DNA from: Octopus bimaculoides
Taxonomy: Eukaryota
Reading direction: 5' to 3'
DNA: 63,347 nt
NCBI RefSeq assembly: GCF_001194135.2
Contig: NC_068981.1
Location: 121,416,659-121,480,005 of the forward strand
In this document: one piece after another, positions 37,917 through 49,715 of the stretch
Position numbering within the stretch: the first letter of the stretch is position 1
Layout: every line of letters begins with the position of its first letter
The notes under the pieces: model-generated
Database searches by the model: none
The model's input: the letters and a program-made list of their open reading frames with translations, nothing else
Told to the model about the DNA's origin: nothing
Position numbers and translations under genes: made by a program

Positions 37917-38319
37917 TATATATATATACATATGCATACACATAAATATATATGGAAATGCATATATATGTATATATCTTATATATATGTTTGTGTGTCT
38001 GTGAGTGTTTATTCATGTATTTGGAACATGTATATATTATTTACATATAAATACACAACTATCGATATATATTACCAGATCAGCTGTAGTGAAGCACATT
38101 AATGATGTATGCTGATCCTATTTTAGAGCTAAGATGAGAGAAACACCGCCGTCGATTGTAGATTTAGCTTAATCATTTGGTTACTCACATTTCACACTTC
38201 CCATAATTGTATCCAAGTTTTTTGCTATACGCTTTTGTCGATTCTGAGATACACAGATACATACATACATTCATACGCATAGACATAAATTCTCTCTCTT
38301 TCCCTCCCCCTCTCACTAA

Positions 38320-38372
<53 letters not shown>

Positions 38373-38373
38373 A

Positions 38374-38422
<49 letters not shown>

Positions 38423-38591
38423 CCTAACTGTCTGTCTGTCTGTCTGTCTGTCTCTACCTATTTTCCTGTGTATATTTAGGTGCTTGTACAATTGTTCACA
38501 AATGTGACATTCAACCTCATTCTTTTTCATACACTAATGAATAATCATAAAGAATATGAAGCTTAACAATGTTGAGTAATTTTTCCTCTAG

Positions 38592-38631
38592 CCCCCAATA
38601 ACCTCCAGCATTTGACATTCGTACGTAACAG
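38592..38631 (+). CDS. Candidate short exon, xPNNLQHLTFVRN
   Basis: aatttttcctctag acceptor, CAG|gtaaga donor, only one frame open. Confidence 0.25.
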
Positions 38632-38736
38632 GTAAGAAAAGACAATCTCTTTTCAGGTGGCATTGAACACTCTAATCTCAACTGCTTCTTCAATAGGTCT
38701 ACCATTTTCCTGTTAAGCGTAAATATCTATTATACT

Positions 38737-39068
38737 TTATCTTTTACTAGTTTCAATCATTCCACCACCGCCCTGAGACTCTATTCTTGAGGATATTAGT
38801 CGAAGAAATTGATCCTGACCCTTACTTTTTCCAAATCTGGTACTTATTCTGTCGGTCTCTTTAATCGAACTGCCTGCTTACGCGGGCATATGCAAAACCA
38901 ACACCGTTTGTAACAGTGGGATGACAGACAAACACAAAAGCACGCAGGCTCGCCCCCATACACATTCACACATACACACACAAGGTATTGATTAGCCCAG
39001 GATTTCAGGATAAGAGACTACGAAATGGGACTGAATCCAAAGCTTTGTGTTTCTGAAACAACCTTTTT
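38737..39068 (-). mobile_element. SINE family A, old diverged copy
   Basis: Tail tcttttactagtttcaatca, ggtacttattctgtcggtctc, head gggactgaatcc. Confidence 0.65.
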
Positions 39069-39169
39069 AACACAAAACGAAGCCTGTTCTCTTATACACA
39101 GTGGCGCACGAGAATGTAGCCCGGCTTTTGTGACATCGTATAAATACAGTACTAAATTTACAAGTACTG

Positions 39170-39560
39170 GAAAGGATCACCATCACTGGAGATTTTGAAA
39201 ATGGTTCAACTTTAGACTTTCTAACTCCTGCTGGCTTCACCTGCTTGTATGAGTCTGTTGCGCTAACGTATGTGCTGATCCCATTGGCCTCCGAGTAATA
39301 ATACTTTGGTAAATACTCTGAATAGCTTCTGGCGTTCGAACTGTAGGATATCTTGGTTTTGGGGCGTTGTGTACTGACCACATAGCGATCCACTTTTTAA
39401 CCAACATTTGTATCGTACTCTTTGTCGGTAAGCATTTGCCTGCAAATTTGACTTCAAAAATTTCCCGCGTTTACTCAACAGAACCCGTTCTCACAGGAGC
39501 TTCCATAATCTTCACTCTTTCTGCAATTGAGTACGTCATCTTGAAGAGAAATGTAGTTAT
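39170..39560 (-). mobile_element. N-terminal fragment of a DD41D-like (rosa) transposase, decayed
   Basis: MTYSIAERVKIMEA.VRTGSV..TREIFEVKF.GK.LPTKSTIQMLVKKW...SVHNAPKPR.PTVRTPE; in-frame stops. Confidence 0.7.
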
Positions 39561-41252
39561 GTTCACTCTATGGAATCTGACAATCAACTAGTGTGGTGAG
39601 GATAACATAGCAAGCAGTCGACTAGTGCACCATCTTTGTTCAGTAGTTACAAGCAGTCGAAATAACTCAATGACATTTGCAAACGTAAGGTTGTGTAAAT
39701 TATTTCTGTATTTAGACTATGCTACGGTAGTCAAGTTGCTATTTTGTGCTCTACTCTGTATAAATGCATACATACATACATACATACATACACATAAAAT
39801 GCATACATATATCTATGTATGTAGTTATATATACACAAATAATATTAAATGAAAATCACTCAATCTCAGGGTGTTTAATTTACATATAATTTAATTATTA
39901 CCTTTGCATTCTGATGTCAAACATTAATGTGCCGTTCGTGAAATCATCTTAAAGACATTAATGTATATATCACCCTATAGGTATAATCACATTTTCTTCA
40001 AATATCATAAAATTGATTGCTATCTGTGATTCAGCAAGTTAATTAATTCAATTTGTTTAACGTGAATGAGTTAACTGATTTAAATTGAAAAGAAAGAAAA
40101 CCCGTACTTAGGTGAAAATTTTGTTTGCAAAATATGGTTTAATAAACAAGCTATCTTTTCCTCCCTCCCTCCAATCTCTCCTTGACTCTGTGCAGTTATT
40201 TGATTTCTAATCGATTCCATATGTAAAACTATTGAGTAAATGCTATGTAGCTTCCGGCTATCATTTCTAAATGTATTTTCTCATCACTGTTCACAGACAG
40301 TAAATAGATATGGAATGAGTTGTTATTGTATTAAAATACTGCAACAATTTATAATTCTTGTTGTTCCTAGCAACACAAGCAGCTATGTTATTTGTGCTAT
40401 TAGTAATAAAAGGAAGGGCAACGCCTATAATATTTCTAGGTAATATCGCAGCAGTCGATGTGTTGTTTTAATTTCTACAGATCTCCAATTCTGAAAAAAA
40501 AAAATAACAGAAAACGATTGAGATAGGAATTTTCAACTTGTGAAGCTTGAGAGAAACTTGGAAAACATTTTTGGTGTGGGCTCGGTGGGTGAGTAGAGAT
40601 AACAATGAGGAAAAATATGTTGGGCCAGAGTGAAGGTTATAGGCAGCTTGCTAATTCAGAAAATTACTGCTTAATAGCTTTCCAGAGCATTATATAAAAT
40701 ATATACCGTTGTTTCCGCAATATAGCAGAAACGATGTCATTAAACTCGATGTCATTAAAAACGAAGATACGGGGCTGTGTAAAAATGTTGTGTTGTAACA
40801 AAAGATACTATGGAGAAACAGCAAACGACCACAATGACAACATTCTACTGTGACGTGACTATCATAATTCGTTGGATTGCAATCAATGATTGGGTTATCA
40901 AAGGTATTGCGAAGCTCAAGCGTTCAATTTTAGTACACTAGTGTAAGCGTGTATTTCATTCATGCGAGACGTTGTGTAGGTGTGTACAGGAAACAAGTGT
41001 TAGCCTATACGCTTGTATTGTAAAAGTGTGTACCTTCAAGTACAAGGCACCTAATTGTTTGCGCTAAACCATGAAATAGAAGCATAAATTACAAACATAA
41101 ACTTGATCTCGTAATTCGGATAGGGGCTGTTATCAATAAAGAGCTCAGTTCTAAAACGTAGACCATAGTAAATAGATGAGAATATCAATTAACATTCTAA
41201 CACCAGCAAGTTTTGTGAGAAGAAACGATTAAGAAAACGCATCGATTTAGTA

Positions 41253-42104
41253 CAGTGTGGAAGGGGTAAATTGTCGCCATTTTATGTCTTTAATTCCGCG
41301 CAAGCGCATTCTTTGTCTTTGATTTTGTCGACTACACAGTATAGTAGGGTCAATTGTGCATCGTCTGTGAGAAAAACAGCACTATGATGCAATTCACTCT
41401 GCGAAAAATTTGAAAATGACATGCTGTGCTGCTTGGCATTCACGCCAGAAGCTCCAATACGAACATTTCAGAGTGTTTGGGTGTCAATCTGAGGACATGT
41501 ACCGAGAGTGATAAAAATCAAGTATCCAGTCAACACCATGGTATCACTAGTGATGGCGACATTATGCCTCCATTAATCTTCCCACACAGCCTCACATTCA
41601 ACACAGAAGCCTACATGAAGTGCCTGGAGGAGGTAGTGCTGCTCTGGGTGATGAGGGTGGCTGTTGGAAGACCCTGTCTGGCAACAGGGCACTGCATCAT
41701 GCCACACAGGAAGAGTCATGGTTGTCAGATAATTTCTGCGACCACATCACTCCTAACATCTGGACACCTAACTCCCCAAACTGCAACTCCCTTGATTATA
41801 ATGTGTGGGGCGCAGTTGAGCGAGTGACCAACAAAACTCCTTGTAATACCAGCGGTGAACTGAAGGGAAAGATTCTGGCAGCATTAACCAACTTAAACAA
41901 GGCGACCATCCAGAAGAGTTGTAAGAGAACTTGATGTCGATTGAAGGCCGTGGTCGAAGCCAATGGTGATTTTATTGAATAACATTGCTCTTTAGTATTT
42001 CAAGATATTTTTATGTAATTTTGATAAATATATCTCTTGAATGAAATGTCAATGTTATTTTCATTTTAGCGTAATTTAGACGATAATTTATTCACTGCAT
42101 CCTG
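41253..42104 (+). mobile_element. Internally deleted DD37D (maT-like) transposon with both TIRs and TA flanks
   Basis: TA-cagtgtggaaggggtaaattgtcgcc ... gacgataatttattcactgcatcctg-TA; WLSDNFCDHITPNIWTPNSPNCNSLDYNVWG. Confidence 0.9.
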
Positions 42105-43534
42105 TACATTTCTATCACAGAAATGTTATCTAGAATAAGAATAAAAATCGGAGAATAAAAATAGAAATTGTCCAAATAGACGTTTATAGTTCTTAAGAAG
42201 ACCAACGATGATAAGCGTCTTGTACTATTGCAGCTTCAAAATCTCTCAATATCATTCACGTCTCTAGAATCCATTCCGAAAGCTGGCGCGTACAAATGGG
42301 GAAAAATTACTATTGTTTAGCTTCGCTCGTAAAGAAATAATGCTGTAGAATAGCCCACATAATTTAGTATATGAATTCATAAGTATATTTTCAGAGGTTG
42401 ATATGACAGAAGATTCCCAAAACTGTGCTGATTTCGCTAATCGTAACTGACATTAACCACGATTGTATTTGGCCATCAGCTCCAGCGCATTTTAGTGAAA
42501 TATTTGCCACAGAATAAATTAACATTTAAAAATAAATGATGTAATGGACTTAAGCCACGGTCCGGAATAGATATTGCCACAGACAGATATCCGTTCTGCG
42601 CACCTTATGTATGACACACGTTTGCTAAATGAAGATCACACATATACACAGAGGAAAACCTGATTGGAGATCAAAATAACTATGATTCTTGTTATTCGTC
42701 CTTATGTTTTTATTTTGTTACACCAAAAAAATACTTACGGTGGTACAGAATACTTTCAACTTAAGACATTTCCATTAAATATCTGATAGCCATAATCACA
42801 TATAGTTTCTTCTTCACTATAATATATTTTCGTTGTTATAAAACGTTAGTGAACAATACAATCACGACTGCTACGACCCAAACATATTTAGTAGGAGAAT
42901 TCAACCTCTTCATATATTTATTTAATTAGTTAAACATAAACATGATTACTTTGAGTGATTTTATTATATATATTCTATTATTAAATTTGTAACCTTCACG
43001 TTTCTCTTGAATTATCAATATATTAAGCTTCTTTAAGTTTAGCTATAAAGTATAAGTAATCAACTGTATTATAAGTCATTTATTTATTACTTCTAAATGA
43101 ACTGATTACATCTCATGTCTAATAATCATTTCAAATTATATAATCATGTACAACTTATTCAAATTCAGTAATGTTTTGTTTTATTTCTAATTTCGTTTTT
43201 TTTATATCTACTTTACTTTTATCCACTTTAATGTTACCTTAATTTATATAATTTATATGCTGCTTATACTCTAATGTATTCCTTTTGCGCACTTTCTATT
43301 AGATACCATATATTTTCTGCATATTATTAAATTAGTTAACAGCATTGCTTAAACATATTTGAAAATATGATTTGTAATATATACTCTACATGAAACTGAA
43401 TGATATAATTGATTCCAAAAGATTAACTTTTACGATGGTAACCAACAGATGTTTTTAGCGCTTTCTAAAATATTAAGTGTATAAATAGCATTTAGTACAA
43501 TATTTACACTTATATTGTGTTATGTGTGACTCAC

Positions 43535-43657
43535 CTAAATATATATTGAAAATATAATTCCTTCTGTTCATTTCATCTACAATGTATGTAAAAATAATTA
43601 TTGCATCTCCTTTACATGTAACGTTGATTGTCCGAAGTACTGACATAAATTCCCATT
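43535..43657 (-). CDS. Candidate phase 1-1 exon, WEFMSVLRTINVTCKGDAIIIFTYIVDEMNRRNYIFNIYL
   Basis: ctaac branch-like motif, tatgcag acceptor, TTAG|gtgagt donor, 123 nt open. Confidence 0.25.
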
Positions 43658-43913
43658 CTGCATAGATCATTTTATTGTTAGACTATAGATTCAATATCAA
43701 ATTATTAATATAAAATAGATTATTGTAGGCTCAAATATTTAAGATAATGTATGTATGTATGTATGTATGTATGTATCTATCTATCTATCATCTTTTGCAT
43801 TTATTATATGTTTTTCAACTTATTAATTAATGGAACGCTACGTACATTTGATTTTATTCACAGTAAGTGCTGATAGGCACGACTTCTATTTCTATCTCTC
43901 TTCTTTCTCTTTT

Positions 43914-44015
43914 TCTCTCACTGTCTTTGTCTCTCACTGTCTTTGTCTCTCACTGTCTTTGTCTCTCACTGTCTTTGACTCTCACTGTCTTTGTCTCTCA
44001 CTGTCTTTGTCTCTC
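43914..44015. repeat. 16-bp minisatellite (CTCTCACTGTCTTTGT) x ~6
   Basis: Read directly. Confidence 0.95.
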
Positions 44016-44249
44016 TCTCGTTCTCTCCCTCCCTCCCTCTCCTCTTTCCTCTCTACTCGCTCTGTAATGTTTCCCTACTGTTATTGACACTTTACCCATG
44101 GTCATCCTTTTTTCTTTTTTCCCCTTTCTTTGAAGCAACCGGTCGTATTTCTATATTTCTTTAGTTTTTATTTTGTATTTTTTCATTTTATTTCTTTATC
44201 TATTTATAATTTAGATTTTCCTAACAGTTTTATCTCCCTTCACTTCCCA

Positions 44250-44482
44250 TCTTATTTCTTTACTGCCCACAAAGGGCTACACACAGAGGGTCAACCAAGG
44301 ACAGACAAACGGATTAAGTCGATTATATTGATCCCCCGTGCGTAATTGGTACTTATTTAATCGACCCCGGAAGGATAAAAGGCAAAGCCGCCCTCGGCGG
44401 AATTTGAACTTAGAACGTAACGGCAGACGAAATACCGCTAAGCATTTCGCCCCGCGCGCTAACGTTTCTGCCAGCTCGCCTT
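44250..44482 (-). mobile_element. SINE family B variant with a different 3' tail
   Basis: Family B head and core, but tail ...gtttgtctgtccttggttgaccctctgtgtgtagccctttgtgggcagtaaagaaataag. Confidence 0.9.
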
Positions 44483-45149
44483 CACTTCATTTCTACACAT
44501 GAGAATTTACAAGAGCCTGCGCACACATGCGCACTTACAAGATACTACAGGTGCACGAAAAGATATGAGAGTGCGCGCTAATATCCCCTTGTATAGTTTC
44601 AAAATTAAGTGATAAACTACCAACTTACCTAGAACTACTATGTTCCCTTATTGACCAAAAACATTATCGTCCATCTCCCTCTCCTTCTCTCCCCTTGTCA
44701 TAATAGATTCTAATTTACTATCACTCCTATATCTTCTTTTCCTTTCATTCTGTTGAAATGTAGTTACAGGGTACCACGTTATATTTACTTATTCATTCTA
44801 CAGTAGACCCAGTAAATGACCCCAGCCTAAACTCACAAAGAAATTTCTTTTTCCATCTTCAATAATACCAAATTTTTACCCCTACGCTTCCTCCTCTCTT
44901 TTTCTTTATGCGTATTCTTATTCTTTTACTTAAAAAATTAAGTCATACTTCTTTAGGGTGGTGCTTTAGCATGGCCACAGTCTAAGGACTGAAACAAGTA
45001 AAAGAAAGATAAAATAAATGTATATTTTAGACTAAAACTAAAAAGGTTAGTGATTGGGCTAATGTGTAACCATTATTTGATTTGTTTTTCTTTTAAAACA
45101 GGCAGCTAAAACTACAATAAAAATTGACCACGGAATCGCAAATTTGCAA

Positions 45150-45830
45150 ATTTGCAGTTTATACGTCTTTTCTTTGGCATAGACGCACCCACTAACAGTG
45201 ACTTATACAATACACGATACCTATGTATGGCGATCCTGATAGTGGTGAACATTTTAAACTTCTGCTGTTGTGCTGGAGATTTAATTTGGAGGATTATAGC
45301 AAAAGCTACTACACAGTTTCAGTGATAAGCATAGAACTGCAAATAATCTCAAAATGATAATATACAAACGTAGCCACATGCACTCTTAACTTGTGTGTAT
45401 GTATGTATTTATATATGTATGCATGCATCTATGTTTGTATGTATGTATGTGTGTATGTATGTTTATGAATGTGAATGAGTGAGCGTCTTGATGATGCATG
45501 TGAGAGTGCTGCTATTTGTGTGAGCAAATACGTATGAGTGTAACGAAATTGAAAAAAGCTATGAAAACACAATGTTATATGACGTGAGTTTAATAATTTT
45601 CCTGGTGTTTCTTTCTAATTAAAGGAAGCCAGACATATTCTCTCCACGACAAATATTCTTCTTCAGTTCGTCTTGTTATTTCTTACTCTACCTCCTGTAA
45701 TCCTTTCAAATTACGTAGCTAAAGAACGAGACATTGCTCAAGTAGAAGATCAAGCCATATTTTATTTCATCTTAACGAACCAATACTACAAAAGAAAATC
45801 ATAACCGACTAATTATTCTATATACTAGAA
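45150..45830 (+). pseudogene. Possible decayed class-A (peptide-receptor-like) GPCR, TM5 and TM6-TM7 remnants
   Basis: LIQYTIP(M)AILIVVNIL after removing a tatg duplication at 45222-45229; EARHILSTTNILLQFVLLFLTLPPVILSNY...AIFYFILTN at 45625-45804. Confidence 0.3.
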
Positions 45831-46223
45831 TCGTATTATAAAGATGTTAGAATACTGGTAGCGATCGTTGTAATGCTGGTATCAATGGTCAAGTTAGTAA
45901 CATTTCAGGCCGGTGTGAGTGATAAACGTGTTCAAAGAGAACGCTTACAGTTGAATACATACACAAAAAAATATATATCAGTAATTATTTAAGCCGTCAG
46001 GAATTCTGATGATATTCGTATCATCATAAATACACAGAAATGGAATTCATGATAGCGATCTAATCAGATATTCTTTGATTACAATAAATCATAGCAACAT
46101 TCATGTACATCATTCTGCTGAAATATGTAGTTTTTAACTGAGCAAGTTAATAGCAAAGTGAAGATCAATGTCCACTCGCAATATATTGATCAATAAGAAA
46201 CTAAAAATATTACATATAAACTT

Positions 46224-46480
46224 TGGCATTTTCCTAAAGACGATGTGCTAACGATTCTGCCAGCATGCCGCCTTTGATTCCAAATTGTGACACAAGACCA
46301 GCATGTTCTGAGGAAAAGATAAATCGATTATATCAATCCCGTACTTTAGTGGTACTTATTTTATCGACCTCGAAAGGATGAAAGGCAAAGTTGATCTCGG
46401 CGGCATTTGAACCCAGAACATAAAGACGGGTGAAATGCCGCTAAGCATACCCCCCACCACAGCATGTTAACACTTCTGTT
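46224..46480 (-). mobile_element. SINE family B: head fragment plus near-complete copy
   Basis: atcgacctcgaaaggatgaaaggcaaagttgatctcggcgg core. Confidence 0.85.
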
Positions 46481-46959
46481 CGCATGGGCCTGTGTATTTG
46501 TAATGTTACAAGGCCACATATTTAGTTTATTTATTTGAATTCGGAAAAATATATATTTGTGTGGTTATCAGACTCAGTTGAAAATAATCATTTTGAGTGT
46601 CCAACCAGTATACTTCTCTCTCTCTAGATGTGGTGTCACCTGACTTTTTTGCACTGGTGATTCGACTCGGCGGTTTTTATCCGAATTTCCACCCAATGAA
46701 CGTTAATACATGTTTACCTATCCTTGGATTCTCCGGACATTCTACCAGTAGCATAATTTTAAAATAATTGTTTTTCTTTCTTCCTAACAGAAAAAAAAAA
46801 TCCACCTCCGACACTTACACACACTTCTACATTCTTTTAACCTTTTCATGCACTTCCCTTTTACTACTTTGGTTTGTTCTACTTTCTAAAATTCTTTATG
46901 ACAGTCTCAACTCTCTGGTATTTTCACCAGTGTTTTGTTTTGATTTTTTCTTGCTTCAG

Positions 46960-47140
46960 ACATAGGACCGCAGCCATGCTAGAGCACCACCTAGAACGGT
47001 TTAGTTGAATGTATCGGCTCCAGTACCTATTTTCAAAAACCTAGTACTCATTTGTAGGTTTGATTTGCTGCTCAGTTACAGGAATGAAAATAATCTAGCA
47101 CTGGTTGCGAAACAGTACAGTCAAGGTGGACAAACACAAT
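46960..47140 (-). mobile_element. SINE family A, diverged 3' half
   Basis: gcagccatgctagagcaccacc matches the family A 3' end. Confidence 0.6.
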
Positions 47141-48565
47141 CACACACACACACACACACACACATATATGTATAGATAAATACATATGTATATNNNNNNN
47201 NNNNNNNNNNNNNNNNNNNNNNNNNNNNNNNNNNNNNNNNNNNNNNNNNNNNNNNNNNNNNNNNNNNNNNNNNNNNNNNNNNNNNNNNNNNNNNNNNNNN
47301 NNNNNNNNNNNNNNNNNNNNNNNNNNNNNNNNNNNNNNNNNNNNNNNNNNNNNNNNNNNNNNNNNNNNNNNNNNNNNNNNNNNNNNNNNNNNNNNNNNNN
47401 NNNNNNNNNNNNNNNNNNNNNNNNNNNNNNNNNNNNNNNNNNNNNNNNNNNNNNNNNNNNNNNNNNNNNNNNNNNNNNNNNNNNNNNNNNNNNNNNNNNN
47501 NNNNNNNNNNNNNNNNNNNNNNNNNNNNNNNNNNNNNNNNNNNNNNNNNNNNNNNNNNNNNNNNNNNNNNNNNNNNNNNNNNNNNNNNNNNNNNNNNNNN
47601 NNNNNNNNNNNNNNNNNNNNNNGCGTGATTTAGTGGTTAGGGTATTTGAAATTCGGACAGAACTTATGGGATGACCTGATATACGCCATGCAAACCGGGA
47701 AAGTGGCACTTATGAGTCGGCATGACTACACCTCCAACTTGATCCTAAAACTTGGTCCGTGCTTTTGTCTCTCTCACACTAACGTTTCCTTTGTCTCACC
47801 CCCTTTTGCTTTTCTCACTACTTTGATGATTTGTTAATACCCAAAACGTCAAGACTGTCTCCCTTATTCTTATGGATTTTGCTACTTCAGTAGTTGTTCA
47901 ATCTGGTCCCTTCTCCATTGCTTCTTTAATTTTTTATAATGATCATATTGTTCGTTGCATAATATACATACATATATATACGCATATAATACATATTTAT
48001 TACAGATTTTGAGAATTATGTTTCTGGATATCGTTTATCATCAAGGAAGGGAATTTAAATTATATGCAGTGCATTAGTTTGAAGTCAATTGTGATCACAA
48101 AATATTAATAGTCATTTTACATTAAAGTAAATAACTGTTTCGAACGGTTTCTGCCACCAGCTTACTCTCTATGTACATATCAAACAAGTACCATCATTGT
48201 TTCTTCTAATATCTCGAAGAATTTTTCACACGACAGAATACTGTATCTCTCCAGTATCTGTTATTTGATAATGTTGCCTAATCGGTGAGTGTAGGTGTAT
48301 TTAATGTAGATATTGTTAGCCGGAGGGTTTTTCTCTTTATTATCTGGAACATATAGACTGCAATAAATTCTTGAATGCGGTCGAAATATGCAGCTCTTAT
48401 TTTTGTATTTAGCACTGTATTATTTTATACAACTTAAATATTAATTGCATGGCGTAATGATTCTGAAATGTTATTATCATTCAATAAATTAACTTTTGCT
48501 CCACATTGTATTTTTCTTTTACTTCAACTATATTACTTTTGTCTCTTTTAGATATTATTTTTACA

Positions 48566-49715
48566 TGATGTATTGTAAGATAAATTCCTGTTCCATTACT
48601 ATATTATTTGAATTAACACGAAAAGTATTTTCATCGTAATGTTTTGTGTTTTATTATATTGCTCTATTCTTCAACAATTTTTGTTTATCGTTTTCGAAAT
48701 GGGAATACAATCATACTGCTTTTCAGACACATGACAGTGGAGTACCAAAAAGAAAAACAAGCAGTTTTGACTCTTGCTTCTCCTCGCTTCCGATCAAGCT
48801 TCCAAAGCTGTCAATTACAACCGAGACACTTGTGCTGTGTAAAGAGAAGGCTATTACTGAAAGAGGTGAGAAGTAATGGTTTTCTCGTTTCAAGGCGAGA
48901 AAATTCAAACTCGGAGACTCTTCGCATTTCGGCCAGCTTATTTAGTTTAACGAGGATTAATTTAATGACTTCAGCTACGAGATTTCGTGCCAATCCAGTT
49001 GGAAATTGGCTCAGCATATGGGATGCTGTCATGATACCACCGTCCGTCAATTTCATTCAATGGGTACGGCCCAAAATTCAGTGCATGGGTTCAGCTCTGG
49101 GGGAAAAAAAAAGACAAATTCAAACACTCCTCTACTGCCGCTAGTTTTCTCAGCCAACAGTTCTCTACTCGTGGACACAAACAGATTTGTTTACTGCATC
49201 GTCGTTAGTAATGTAAAATAGTGTATTTACGTCAACCTGAAGCAGAAGAAAGAATGACAGAAACCCGAGAAGCAAACAACACTTCAAACTGAGCCGGATT
49301 TGCATTTATTCAAAACAACGATATGCATTTTGTAGTTTTCGGAAGGGGTAATTCACTATGAAATGATTGTTCAAAGATGCAATCCACATGGTCGGTTGAG
49401 ACGCTTTACTGCATACAACGTAACCTCCTGATATAGCGCCTTCGGATTATCCCCTTTTTGATCGGTCTCCAACAGCCTGCGAGGTATTTCGTTTGACATC
49501 GACATTGTAATGGAAACCTGGTACCATGAATTCTTCGAGTCAAGACCCGGTGATTTCGACTGTCAATGCATCGATAAACAAATGAACCCTGGCAAAAAGT
49601 CGTAAGCAATGAAGGAGAATATAGTATTGACACTTATGTTAAAATTGTTGACAAAAGAAAACAAGGATTCAAATAAATGGATAAAAAGAATGAACTAATT
49701 TATCTGACAATCTCA
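48566..49715 (+). mobile_element. Decayed, internally deleted mariner (DD34D type)
   Basis: WFSRFK..KFKL.D, KLAQHMGCCH, PDIAPSDY.LF, EFFESRPGDF, WQKVVSNEGEY; termini attgt.agataaatt inverted. Confidence 0.75.

Noticed and set aside
38517-38705. Minus-strand ORF MVDLLKKQ... or terminal exon ENGRPIEEAVEIRVFNAT*
   Set aside because: Conflicts with a better-signalled plus-strand candidate at 38592-38631; no way to choose without transcripts
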